From Octopus vulgaris (lineage: Eukaryota): 62,000 nucleotides of DNA. The stretch covers positions 38,274,001 through 38,336,000 of the forward strand of contig OX597823.1 of the NCBI GenBank assembly GCA_951406725.2, in the 5' to 3' direction. Shown piece by piece: positions 12,721 through 25,660 of the stretch. Each line of letters starts with the position of its first letter. The stretch's first letter is position 1. The notes beneath the pieces are model-generated. The model was not told the DNA's origin. It searched no databases and saw nothing but the letters and a program-made list of their open reading frames with translations. Both the position numbers and the translations under genes were made by a program.

Positions 12721-13069
12721 TACATACACACACCCCCACCTACAAAGACACACACACATATATAAATATGTATGTACATGTGTATGCATGCATATGTGTG
12801 TGTTTGTTTTCTCCATGTCTTGATACTGTGTGAAAGTTGTAAATGAGCATCACTATCATACAAGCAGTGTCCTTAATTTTTAATTTCCTGTAAAAACATG
12901 TCAGGCCAGTGAGGGTTGGTGACAAGAAGAGCATCCAACCATAGAAAATCCACCTCAATGATTTCCCTTCGGCTTATGCAAGCATGGAAAAGTAGACATT
13001 GAAATGATAATGATGATGATGATGACAATGATGATGAAGATGAATACGATGATAAATATGATGATGAAT

Positions 13070-13126
<57 letters not shown>

Positions 13127-13336
13127 CTATATTTATAACAACAAAAAAATTTGTGAGTAGTTTCTTAGTTTATTTAAAGACAAACATAAATGGTCTTTAA
13201 ATAAATAATCCTAGTTTATATCTTGTGCTGGAAGTCACTTAAAGATTGATTTTGTAGTATTAGACTTAAAAGTTTAAGATGTAAAGAGTTTGTATGTGCA
13301 TGTGTGTGTGTGTGCGTGCGTGTGTGTGTGTGTGTG

Positions 13337-14000
13337 AATTCTTCACTGTACTCGTTGCCAACCCTCACCTTACTGACAGCATCTCTGTACATGGCTTGTA
13401 TAGCTCTCACTAACCATTCATCTATCCCTAGTTTCCACATTGACCACAAGATAAAGGATTGGGAGACCCAGTCATAGGCTTTCTCCATGTCAGTGAAAGC
13501 TAGGTACAGAGGTTTATCTTTGGCTAGGTATTTCTCCTGCAGCTGTCTTACCAGAAATATAGCATCAGTGGTGCTTTTCCCCGGCACAAACCCAAACTGC
13601 ATCTCATCTCGACTGACTTTCTCCCTACTTAGTTGGGCTATGACACTCTCCGTGACTTTCATTACCTGATCCAATAACTTGATACCTCAGTAATTATTTG
13701 TATCTAATAATGCATCATCTTTACCTTTGTATCAGTTGACTATGGTGCTGCTACACCAGTCATTGGGTATGACTCCTTCATGTACCACCTCACTGACTAT
13801 ACGGGTGACTAGACTATAGCTGACACCACCAGATATTTTTAGCATCTCTGCGATGATTCCTGATGGGCCGGGGGCTTTCCCTGTTTTCATATTCTTAATT
13901 GCTTTATCTACCAATGTACTGTCAATTCAGATAGCTGGTCTTGCTGTTGGGTCAACATTCAGAAAACTCTTTCTCCCATTCATTCTCTTCATACACATTC
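13337..14000 (-). mobile_element. RTE-type LINE reverse-transcriptase fragment
   Basis: KAIKNMKTGKAPGPSGIIAEMLK...IPNDWCSSTIV and MQFGFVPGKSTTDAIFLVRQLQEKYLAKDKPLYLAFTDMEKAYD. Confidence 0.93.
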
Positions 14001-14504
14001 TCACAATTTTACACACACACAAATACACATAATGGGAATGTATACAAAATTATATGCAGCTTCAAATTCAAATGAATATAAACAGATTTATTAATGTACA
14101 AGAAGACACAGCTTGGAATTTACCCTCATCATCATCATTTAACATCCGTTTCCATGCTGACATAGATCGGACAGTTTGACAGTGACAGGCAATTCAGAAG
14201 ATGGCACCAGGATTCACTGTCAAGGTGAGGGGATCAGAATATAAATGGGATAGTAGAGATAAATAGTAGAGAGGTGCCAGGGCATACCCTCAAGGTATGA
14301 GGATTATAATATAAATGGGATGGTAGAGTATTGCCAATAGTGCATGAATAGGGAGTAGGGACTTCACATGAGTGCAAAGAGTGTGGAGGTGGGGAATGCA
14401 GTGACTGGTGAAATATGGGTGTCTAGAAAAGGTGGGGGGACAACTGTACATCAATGAAACAGTAAGCAGGTCAGTGAAGACAGGATTAGGGAGTTGGGGA
14501 GCAA

Positions 14505-16437
14505 TGTAGAGAATGCAGAGAAGGAGAGTCTGCCAAATGTAGACTCAACTGAGGGATCAGCTATCCAAATCAACGGTAGCTTGGTAGATAAAATAATTTA
14601 GGATATGAAGGCAGAGAAAGCCTGTGGTCACTTAAATTTTCACTGCTGAGATACTTAAAATATCTGGTGGAGTGGGATATGGCTTAATCACCTATATAGC
14701 TAATCAGGCTGTCCATGAGGGAGTCATACCCAACGATGAGTGTAGCAGCATTATAATCAGCTGCTACTAAAGCAAAGGTGATGCTTTAGACAGAAATTAC
14801 TGCAGAGGCATCAAATTGCTGGACTAAGTGATGAAAGTTACAGAGAGGGTCATAGCTCAATTAATTAGGAAGAAAGTTGGCGTAGATGAGATGCAGTTTG
14901 GATTTTTGCCAGGTAGAAGCACAATTGATGTTATATTCGTGGTTAGGCAACTGCAGGAGAAGTATTTAGTCCAAAATAAAACTCTGTACTTGGCTTTTGT
15001 TGACATGGAGAAAGTCTTTCACAGGGTCCCCCCACTCCCTAACTGGTGGTCAGTGCAGAAGCTAGGGATAGATGAATGGTTGGTGAGGGCTGCACAAGTC
15101 ATGTACAGGAATGCTGCCAGTAAAGTGAAGGTTGGCAACAAGTATAGCAATGAATTCAGTGTACAGGTAGGAGTTCACCAAGGTTCAGTTCTCAGCTCCC
15201 TCTTATTTATTTTAGTTCTCCAGGCCTTAACAGAGGAATTCAATACTGACTGCCCTTGGAAGCTTCTCTATGCTGATAACCTTGTTCTTACAGGCGAATC
15301 ACCACCTTACCTAAAAAAGACTCCGCCGGTTACGACGACGAGGGTCCCAGCTGATACGATCAACGGAACAGCTTGCTCGTGAAATTAACGTGCAAATGGC
15401 TGAGCATTCCACAGACATGTGTACCCTTAACGTAGTTCTCGGGGATAATCAGCGTGACACAGAGAGTGACAAGGCTGACCCTTTGAAATACAAGTACAAC
15501 TCATTTTTGCCAGCTGAGTGGACTGGAGCAACGTGAAATAAAGTGTCTTGCTCAAGGACACAACGCGTCGCCGGGAATCGAACTCACAATCTTACGATCA
15601 TGAGCCGAATGCCCTAACCACTAAGCCACGCGCCCTCACTTCCACCTTACCTAGAGAAGAAATTTCAGGCATGGAAACATGGTCTGGAATCAAAGAGCGT
15701 CAGAGTTAATTCAGCAAAAACAAAAGCCCTAGTAAGTAGGAAAACAGACAAATCTCAAGTCCCTTCAGAGAGAAGGTGCTGTTTGATATGTAAAAACTCC
15801 TTACTTTGTACCCAGTGCTAGCTTTGGACACATAAGAGGTGTAGCAGTATCACAGGAAGGTTAATAGAGTAAATAGTCTTTGTGTGTGGCAGATGTGTGG
15901 GTACAATAAGCACAAATAATGTGCAGACAATAGACTCCCTCAAATGCTTAGGGTTATCATTAGAAGTAGTAGAAAGCCTATTTTACCTAGGTGATCAATT
16001 TAGCAGTGGAAGAGGTAGTTCTGAAAATGTAGTTGCTAGAATAAGAATGGGCTGGGCAAAGTTTAGAGAGGTTCTACCTTTGTTGGTAACTAAAGGCCTC
16101 TCCCTCAGAGTGAAAGGCAGATTGCATGATGCCTCTGTATGCACAGCCATGGGTTTTGACTCCAGAGGTGTTGTAAGGGCTTGAAAGAAATGAAGCTAGT
16201 ATGGGTAATGAAGCTGGATGGGTAATGTCTGTGTGTATGCATGATAGAGTGTAAATGATTTAAGAGGAAAACTGTGTACAAGAGCCATCAGATGTATGCA
16301 AGAGAGAAGACTGCACTGGTTTGGTCATGTGATGCATATGGATGTGGACAGCTGTGTAAAGAAGTGCTGAGCTCTAATTGTGGAGGGAATTTGTGGAAGT
16401 GGTAAACTAAGGAAGACATGGGATGAAGTCGTGAGAA
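14505..16437 (+). mobile_element. RTE-type LINE RT and 3' part, 5'-truncated, interrupted by a SINE
   Basis: MQFGFLPGRSTIDVIFVVRQLQEKY...GVHQGSVLSSLLF...LLYADNLVL; the continuation YLGD...ARIRMGWAKFREVLPLL resumes after the SINE. Confidence 0.93.
15314..15641 (-). mobile_element. Young tRNA-derived SINE with 12-bp TSD
   Basis: A box TGGCTTAGTGG and B box GTTCGATTCC on the minus strand; CpGs retained; TSD CCACCTTACCTA at 15302-15313 and 15642-15653. An older relative lies at 24140-24410. Confidence 0.92.
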
Positions 16438-16638
16438 ATATATATATATATATATATTTATCAATATAGGGTAGCAAAAAAATTCAAGAAAAAATTCAAG
16501 AAAAATTTTCTGCAACCAGCGGTCAAGTGAGAAAATAGAAATAGTCACAAACTATATAATATATTCAACAAAATATTAAGGAAAGACCCTTACAGGTCGT
16601 TCGACTCACTTGAAAAGAGCAGTCGCCTTTTCTTTTGG

Positions 16639-16737
16639 GACTTTGCTGATGAAACAAACCAATCGTAAACGGATTTAATTTAATTTAATTAAGTTCGATT
16701 GCGTTAAAATTGTTGAAACCTTGCAGGGTACAAAGTT
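16639..16737 (+). ncRNA. Type I hammerhead ribozyme, copy 1
   Basis: Stem I GACTTTG/CAAAGTT; core CTGATGA (16646-16652); stem II AACAA/TTGTT extended by CAATCG/CGATTG; GAAA (16715-16718); stem III ACCT-TGCA-GGGT; cleavage triplet GTA, cut after 16730. Confidence 0.85.
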
Positions 16738-17130
16738 GGAAAAGGATAAATGTTTTTATTTCTCCTTTAGCTTTCAGAATTACTACTATTTTTGCGGTTT
16801 GAGTTTTGGCTGCTCTTTGCAAGTGAGTTGAACGACCTGTAAGGGTCTTTCCTTAATATTTTGTTGAATATATTATATAGTCTGTGACTATTTCTATTTT
16901 CTCACTTGACCGCTGGTTGCAGAAAATTTTTCTTGAATTTTTTCTTGAATTTTTTTGCTACCCTATATTGATAAATTAATAATTTTTGACTAATTCTGAA
17001 ATTGTATCAGCAGTTTATATTTGCTGCTGAGTAGTTGGCGCGGTTACGTTAGATTTCGAAAAATTAGGATATATATACTCGGGGCTTCAGTGGTATAGCC
17101 TCGTGTGTATATGTTCGCCTTTTCTTTTGG

Positions 17131-17229
17131 GACTTTGCTGATGAAACAAACCAATCGTAAACGGATTTAATTTAATTTAATTAAGTTCGATTGCGTAAAA
17201 ATTGTTGAAACTTTGCAGGGTACAAAGTT
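17131..17229 (+). ncRNA. Type I hammerhead ribozyme, copy 2
   Basis: Same fold; CTGATGA 17138-17144; GAAA 17207-17210; stem III ACTT-TGCA-GGGT; cut after 17222. Confidence 0.83.
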
Positions 17230-17275
17230 GGAAAAGGATAAATGTTTTTATTTCTCCTTTAGCTTTCAGAATTAC

Positions 17276-17360
<85 letters not shown>

Positions 17361-17839
17361 TATACATACATTCACGCTCACACATACACACACATATACA
17401 TGACCAGTGCCCAGTTTCTATTTTTCTTCCTTTATCTCTTCCTTTCTTACACTGGTCCCTTAGCTGACCAGTCGCAAATTCTCTATCTCTCAGTTCTACA
17501 TCCTTCAAGACATTTTCTAAATGTTACTCACTATTCCCGTCATATTTTGTTTGACTGTTTGTCCTCATCCACCATTCTAAATCACACTCTGTGTTGTTTT
17601 GCTTGGTTTGTTTTGTTTTGTTTGATCTTGTCCATAATTCTCCACAAGAAAAAAATTTTTTGTGGGTGCCACCAATTGGGAAGCACTCAGTCTTATCATT
17701 AACGGAACGAAACAGATCAGTACCAATTGGTCAGTAACTGATGAAGAATTATTGACCTTCTGTTTGTCTTCTGTTCGTTTTTACATTCAGTATATGTTAC
17801 ATTGTTTGTTTATACATTTTTAATTTACACATATATATA

Positions 17840-19005
17840 TCAGGTCATCCCATAACTTCTGTCTGATTTTACCTTTTTAAAAATTGACTGAAATTTAATA
17901 GTATTTTAGAATGTCTAATGGAATTAAAAATTATTTTTATGCATTTGTATATATTTAAACTAATTAAATATTATTTTATACGATAATAGAATTAAAATTT
18001 CTTTGATTAAAACCCTTTCTAGTATGGAAGTATCCAAAGAGCATTTGAGGTACATAATGATTTATGAGTACAAAAAAGGAAACTCTGCAGCTGAAGCAAC
18101 TCAAAACATACACTCAGTTTATGGGAAAGAATGCTTGAATGAAAGAACTTGCAGAAGATGGTTTGCAAAATTCAGAAGTGGAGATTTCAGCTTTGAAGAT
18201 GAAGATCGAACAGGACATCCAGGAAGAAAATCCTGCATTATCAGTTGAAGAGTTGGCTTGCAACAACTTGAAAAGGTTCCTAAACTTGGAAAATGAATTG
18301 TCCGAAAGCAACTACAAATCCCGAATTGACATCTGCTCTTCTCTCCATTCTCGCGAACTCATTTTTGGATAGATTTGTGATTGGTGACAACAAATGGATC
18401 TTCTATCGAAATGTGAAACATCATAAACACTTGCTTGGTAAAAGGGAAAAAGCTCAACCACAACCGAGAAGGGAACTTCATGGAAAAAAGGTTCTTCTCT
18501 CTATCTGGTGGGATTGCAAAGGAGTAATTCACTTTGAATTGTTACCACCTAAAGCAACAATCAATGCTCAAGTCTACTGTCAGCAATTAGAGCATTTGAA
18601 CCAAGCTTTGAAGAAAAAAAGACCTGCTTTAGTGAATTGAAAAGAAGTAATGTTTCTTCAGGACAATGTGCAACCCCACACTGCAAAAATCACATCACAG
18701 AAGATCGAAAAGCTTATTTTCCCGACCTTGTTCCTTCAGACTGCCATTTGTTTCATAGTTTACAGAATCATTTGGGGTACATAACTTTCGAAAGCCAGGA
18801 GGAGGTTGATACTAACATTTCAGAGTTCTTCACTTTGAAAGCAAAAGAGTTTTACATTGATGGGATTAAAAAGCTTGTAAATAGATGAAAGGAAGTCATA
18901 GATAATCAGGGAAAGTACACTGATGATTAAATTTCAATTAAATATAACATTTGATCACTTGTTTTCTTTATTCGAAATTCGGACAGAACTTATGGGATGG
19001 CCTGA
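17840..19005 (+). mobile_element. Mariner transposon family C, near full length, frameshifted
   Basis: TIRs TCAGGTCATCCCATAACTTCTGTC and GACAGAACTTATGGGATGGCCTGA, TA-flanked. Frames MEVSKEHLRYIMIYEYKKG..., FVIGDNKWIFY...KVLLSIWWD, YFPDLVPSDCHLFHSLQNHL. Confidence 0.94.
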
Positions 19006-19019
19006 TATATATACATAGA

Positions 19020-19190
19020 CACAGGAGTGGCTGTGTGGTAAGTAGCTTGTTCACCAACCACATAGTTCTGGGTTCAGTCCCACTGTCTGGCACCTTGGGC
19101 AAGTGTCTTCTACTATAGCCTCGGGCTGACCAAAGCCTTGTGAGTGGATTTGGTAGACGGAAACTGAAAGTAGCCTGGCGTATTTATATA
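19020..19190 (+). mobile_element. SINE (3895 family) 5' half
   Basis: GGAGTGGCTGTGTGGTAAGTAGCTTG...GTAGACGGAAACTGAAAG. Confidence 0.85.
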
Positions 19191-20535
19191 TGTGTATATG
19201 TATATGTTTATGTGTATGTGTGAATAGTATGTTCAGGAGTGTTCTGGTTGTCTTAAAGGACCCCATCATCATCCTTATCATCATCATGGTCATTGTCATC
19301 ATCATCACTACCACCACCACCACAATCACCACAACCTCCATTACCATCATCATTGTTGTCATCGTCGTCGTCATCATCATCATCATCATCATCATCACTG
19401 CTGCTGCCACCACCACCACTATCACCAACATCGCCTTGTTGTCACCACTGCCACCATCACCACCATCATCCTTGTTGGCATTGGTATTGTTAGCATCATC
19501 ATCACTATTGCCTTTAGTACCTTCATTTCTCCCTTTAAACAGTTCCCACATGTTGCTGCATGTGTAATGCAGTTTATACCTCAGCTGTCCCAATAATAAC
19601 ACTACGTACATGTACAATGGCAGCAGTGATATTCTGTTTAAAGCAATCAGTCAGTCACTCTACACTCTGTGGAGGACAGTGAAAAAGTTGGTTTAGTATC
19701 TATTGATCTACTAATGAGTAAGTAATAAATATTAAAATACGGTCTTACTTGTTACTCCTTTTTATTGATTTATTTACTTACCACATTGCTCTAATTAGTT
19801 TTGGTATTCCTTCAATGAGAAGGAAAAATTTTCTAGGATAAGAGTCAACAAATGAGATTGTAAGAAGGAATAAAATAAAAGTATGGAATAAAAAGCAAAT
19901 TTCATTAATCTTCAGAGTTGCAGTGGAACTGTGTGTGCTATTGACCAGGTTGTAGTTATGTAACAAAAATTTTGACACTTGATAAAATAATTTGAATTTT
20001 AAAATGAATTTAATAGCTTTCTGTGTTATTTAAATGGTTCATCCAAGATATAGTTGCTCCAATTTTAACATACAATCTCCAGTCAAGTCATTTGCTACAC
20101 AAATACAACTCTGAAATATGTGTGAATGCATGTGTAGTGTGTGTGGTGTATGTGTGCAAATATGTGTGTGTGTGTATGCACCCATATTTTACATTGTCCT
20201 CACCCCACCCCAAGCACTTAATCATCATCCCATCTCCACCATCATACATTTTCTCATGCTCCATGTATTATGCCTGCCTCTCTCTGCTCCACTCCACTCT
20301 TGAAACCTACCCAACCATTTGTCCTCACTCTCCCTCCCTTCCTCTCTCTCTCTCTCACCTTCCCTCTGTTTACTGCATCATCATAACTCTTTTACTGCGC
20401 TTCATCCCATCATCATTGGTACCTCCTGCTTTATACCCATCATTCACTACATCCACACTTCAACCCTACTCACTCTTCCCTACTTTCCTTACTTATCATC
20501 CACTCAGCACCTGTTCTTCATAATATCCACCTCCT

Positions 20536-20749
20536 TCAGGTGGCGAGCTGGCAGAATCATTAGCACATTGAGCAAAATGCTTAGCAGTATTTCGTTCATC
20601 TTTATGTTCTGAGCTCAAACTTCACCCCGGTTAACTTTGCCTTTCATCCTTCTGGGGTCGATAAAATAAGTACCAGTTGAGTACTGGAGTCAATGTAATC
20701 AACTAGCCCCTCCCCTGAAATTGTTGGCCTTGTTCCAAAATTTGAAACC
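20536..20749 (+). mobile_element. tRNA-derived SINE (GGCGAGCTGGCAGAA family) with 14-bp TSD
   Basis: Body TTTGCCTTTCATCCTT...GATAAAATAAGTACCAG, 3' end AAATTTGAAACCAATA; TSD AATAT(C/T)CACCTCCT. Confidence 0.87.
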
Positions 20750-22349
20750 AATATTCACCTCCTCATCATTTCCCATCTCTCATTATTTCATACACTCTGG
20801 CAACCTTCCCTCATTCACTTCTACTCACCTTGTTGTATGTTGAGGGTCTACATAACTGTCTCATCACCATTATTCCTATTTCTTTCCTCCTCCACTATGA
20901 TTAACCCACTTCACCCTCTCTTCTAAAATGTAAGTAGCCATGTGTTTGCTCTACACCAAGAAAGCTGTTCTGCTCTGGGCCTCTTCTCTCATCTTTAACC
21001 CTTCATCTCTTAGCATAAAGCCGTATCTCCACAGAGTTATAGTCTTCTTGCAAGCTGCATGGTAACCTCACTGAGGATGGTGGCATGAAAAAAAAGCACC
21101 TGGTATACATTTATGTTCCAAAGGTCATCCAGCTGTAGAAACCATACCAAAGTAGACAATGGATAATGATGCAGTCCTCAGATCTTGTCAAACTCTCTAA
21201 TTCATACCAGCATGGAACAAGAGTGTTAAATGATGATGATGATGATGACAATGACGATGATACTGATGATATCTATCCATGCACACACACACACAAATAT
21301 ATATGCATAAATACATGTGTGTGTGTATTAGCTTTTTTTCCTGTTTGTTCCAACTTCATTCAGTCTAATTTTCTTTCATTTCTCCTGCTTAATTTTATAA
21401 CATTATTCTTTGTTTAATCATTTGAAACTAAACCCAACTCATTTCTGATACATCATTTCAACAAACATAAACTTGACTCACTCCTCACGAATAAATTAGT
21501 ATAATACCCTGAGATGGTTTTAAGCCCCACTACTAGAAGTTGGTGGTTGGGGTAGTGAGATATGATATTCTAACTTTGTCTTAGTTGTTCTATTTGTAAT
21601 TTAACTCCAGCTTAATTGTAACCAGCTAGGTTCACTCCATCTTTGGTTGCATTATTCAGAATATTCTTTTCTTCTGGTCAGTTGTGCTGGAAGGAGATTT
21701 TGTTGCTATTTTTTGGTATATCTTTGGTTTCTTTTTTTGTTTAAGCCTTTTGTTATCATATTCTTATTAAAATAAATTGCCTATGTTTCAGTTGGGTTTG
21801 AAAATAACAAAGAATTTAGGGAAATAACTTTTGTCATTATTAAGCTGGTGTTTGGAACATAAATGAATATGAAATTTGATGGGAAGTTTTAATTTAGACC
21901 AATTTAAAACAGGAAGTTTGGACTATAGAACCAGGGGTTCTATGATACAGGCTTCTTGGACAATTTGGTATCAAAAGGATGGTAGGTTGTGTTGGAGGGG
22001 GATTTTGCTGCTATTTCCAGCAACATAATCGACCACAAAGGGACTCCCTTGTGTTTTCATTGTGATTCTTCTTAATAGCATAATCTTCACCAATGCCATT
22101 ATCTAAGTTTCTTTGATCTTTAGCATTTCTTTGCAACAAAATAAGCCATGGAAGTGAAAAATGGGAAGTAAATGTAAAATACATTTCTAGAAGAGATGAT
22201 GGAGGATTTATTTGACTGATTCATTGAATATAGGAATTTGAATCTCAGAGTCAGACAGATTGAGTGGGGGAGGGTTGGGAAAGAGAGTATGGGTAATAAG
22301 TTTTGGGAAGTATATTAGAAAAGTAGCAGCTTGGTAGCTAGCTACAAAG

Positions 22350-22360
22350 ATAGATAGATC

Positions 22361-22435
<75 letters not shown>

Positions 22436-22461
22436 GGACGGACGGACAAGTGGACAGATGA

Positions 22462-22523
<62 letters not shown>

Positions 22524-22524
22524 G

Positions 22525-22570
<46 letters not shown>

Positions 22571-22580
22571 CAGAGAGAGA
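22350..22580. repeat. (GATA)n/(GACA)n microsatellite
   Basis: Directly visible. Confidence 0.97.
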
Positions 22581-23164
22581 TAGCAAAGGAAAGAGGAGAG
22601 AGAGAGAAAAGAGAAAGAGTCAGCTATGAAGACTTGAGTTTGTAATAAGACAAATTATACATATTATCTATTACAAAAAGGTTATGAAATATTTAAGTAA
22701 ATTTCATAGCAAAGTTTCATGTAGAAGAATCAGCCCCTTGGAAAATGTGACAAAATCTTCCTGATATAGCTTTTGTTATGCTGACGATGGGGAAGATAGG
22801 TGGGAGGTAGGCTTCCAAGAGGGGATCACTTCATATAGTTATTAGATCTAGTAATAAGGTGTTCCATAAGTAGATGAGAGTAGCAAAACAATTCTATGGT
22901 TGCTACTGTTGTTGTTGTTCTTGTTGCTGTTGTCACTGTTGTTGTTTTACTCCAAGTTGACCCTGGTTAAACAGAACTATGCCCAAAAGCATTCTCCTTT
23001 TATGGTTTTTCAGGGTCAGCATCATCCAATGCATTCTTTGTTTTTAAAAGCAGAATGTAATTTGAAAATGATTTAGCTGTTGTTTCTAGCAACAACCTTA
23101 CTGGCTCCCTGCTTTCCAGAGAGGTGTAACAAAAATACATTTTTTTGTTTTAGTTTTGTTAAAA

Positions 23165-23229
23165 GTTATAAGCAGAGAGAGAGAGAGAATGAAAGAGAGA
23201 AAGTGAGAGAGAGAGAGAGAAAGGGGGAA

Positions 23230-23307
<78 letters not shown>

Positions 23308-23375
23308 TGACAGAGACAGAGAAAGACAGAGACAAAGAGAGAGACAGAGAGAGAGACAGAGACAGAGAGACAGAT
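23165..23375. repeat. (GA)n/(GACA)n microsatellite
   Basis: Directly visible. Confidence 0.97.
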
Positions 23376-24139
23376 CCAATAACTTTCTTGGGAAGTTTCT
23401 ACAATGAGATAAGCAAAATTACTAAAACAATGATCCAGAAGTAAATAAATCTTAAAAGACTAAACCAATCCATTGCTATTATTTCTTTGTACTTGTTAAG
23501 AGAGCTGGAATTTAGAGATATACTGCTAAGGTGTATTAGCCAAGATGGTCTCAAGTATTACAGACATATGACTTCATGTAGTCTTCCTGTTGTTATTTTT
23601 TATATATATATTTTTTAATTTTTCTTTTAATTCCTCCTAACTGCATTCTCTATGAAAACTACAAGTGTTATTACAGTGTGATCACCACCACTATCACATT
23701 CCCCCCATCCTCACCACCATTACCATTATGACATTCATCGTGTTAGTGGTTGGAGGTTAGTTTATTAACATTTTTCATTTAAGTTTCTTCCCATGTTAAT
23801 TTTGTTTTCCCCTTAATAAATGCTATCCTACTACAATAAATTGTCAATAATAATATTCAGCTAAAAATATGGTTATAATATGGCCATTCAGTAATATAGA
23901 ATAGAAGTAATTTTTTTTGTCCTATGCCCAATCCCCAAATTTCAATACATAAGGACAGGTATGACTGTGTGGCTAAGAATATCAATATCACTTCTCAACT
24001 ACTTGGTTTCTGGTTCAGTCCTGCTTGGGTTGACCAAAGTGTAGTGAGAAAATTTGGGAAATGGAAAGCAAAAGAAGCCTGTCTTGTATGTATATATGTA
24101 TGTATGTGTGTGTGTGTGTATGTATGTGTGAGTGTTTGT

Positions 24140-24410
24140 GAAGGTGAGTGGCTTAGTGGTTAGAGCTATTCAGCTCACAATCAAAAGGCTGTGAGTTCAA
24201 TAAGCAAGACACTTTATTTCATGTTGCTCCAATCCACTCAGCTGACAAAAATGACAAATCATATTCTGTATCATACTGAAAACTACATTAAAGGTATGTG
24301 TGCCTGTGGAGTGCTCAGCCACATGCATGTTAATTTCATAAGCAGGCTGTTCCACCGATCAGATCAACTGGAACCTTTGTCGTGGTAACTGACAGAGTGC
24401 CAGATGATTG
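24140..24410 (+). mobile_element. Old SINE, same family as 15314-15641
   Basis: GTGGCTTAGTGGTTAGAG...GCAAGACACTTTATTTCATGTTGCTCCAATCCACTCAGCTG. Confidence 0.8.
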
Positions 24411-25436
24411 TTTGTCTCCTTATCTTGACATCACTCAGTGGTTACAAACAAGTAATGTCTCTTATTGCCAGTCTTTCATGGAAACATGTGATAATGAAGA
24501 TGGTTAGGATAGGTAAGAGCATTGGAGTACCCTAAATATAGTCAGAGTAAATGCTTTGTGATGTTTAACCCTAGCATCAACCCTTCTGGGTTTATATTAT
24601 ATGGTGAGTGACTTTGAATTTTGATCTTTTGAGGCTCTATGAAGTAAGAACTGTTTATGTATCAGGATTAATTCAACTCCATCCTTCTCTTCTTGACAAA
24701 ATTATGACTTGTGCCAAAGTTAAAAACCAATTTTATTATCTGGTTCATGTTTCAGATTTAAATTTTCTGTTTATTATTACATTTTCATGTTTTAATTTAA
24801 ATAATGTTATTTATTCTTTTCATTGCAACAATGGCATTGTTGAAATGAAAACAAATACTGTGTGATAAATAAGAGGATGACATATATCCCAAGAAATTCC
24901 ATTTACAATTTCTAGATTCATAAATTCTTATGATATATTGATAATATAATTAACTAATTAACTATTAGTTCCAAACCAATTCTTGACAATGTTGCGTGAT
25001 TATGTTATTTGTCTGCATTAAGATTTCCACAATACATGAGGTCTACTAATTTATAAAAGTGTTTATTTTTGTCTTTCACTGACATTTTTTGGTAAAATAA
25101 GACCATACACATTTGTCTGTGTTCTTGAAAATTAAGAAATTAACCCTCTATAAATTTATGTAGTATGACTGATTCCACTGAATTTAGGGATGTCATGTAA
25201 TTCTTTCTGATAATCTTTGAGATTGTCATTTGTAATAACCAGTAGTTCTATGTTATGTGCATTCTACGTGGATTATTTTACATACCAAAAATGTTTCCGA
25301 TTTTTTAAATCACCCTCGAAGAATGGAAGATAAAATGGAAACCAGGAATTGATCCTACAGCACAAAGAACTAACTAAAACTTCTACAGTCATGTCAATCT
25401 CTACAATCATGTATGCTACCAATATTTCATGACATT

Positions 25437-25660
25437 AAGATAGTGAGCTGACAGAATTGTTAGCGTACTGGGCAAAATGTTTAGCAGCATTTTGTCTGTC
25501 TTTACATCCTGAGCTCAAATTCCTCCAAGGTCGACTTTGCCTTTCATCCTTTCGGGGGTAGATGAAGAAAGTACCAGATGAACACTGAGTAGGGGGCCAA
25601 TGTAATCGACTTACCCTTCCCCTAAAATTGCTGGCTTTGTGCCAAAATTTGAAACCAATA
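25437..25660 (+). mobile_element. SINE (20536 family) with 19-bp TSD
   Basis: TSD ACCAATA(T/C)TTCATGACATT at 25418-25436 and 25654-25672. Confidence 0.87.

Larger units (their letters stand above)
16456..17281 (+). mobile_element. Non-autonomous PLE-derived / retrozyme-like element: inverted segment, repeat 1, internal region, repeat 2
   Basis: 167-bp direct repeats 16623-16789 and 17115-17281, each with a hammerhead; 16456-16622 is the reverse complement of 16810-16976; no ORF. Confidence 0.72.

Noticed and set aside
17672-17775. GAAACAGATCAGTA followed by CTGATGA, hammerhead-like pieces
   Set aside because: The elements are in permuted order and neither stem I nor stem II can be closed; at best a scrambled relic.
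3895-25660. tRNA genes
   Set aside because: The A/B-box sequences are SINE heads; no complete cloverleaf was found.
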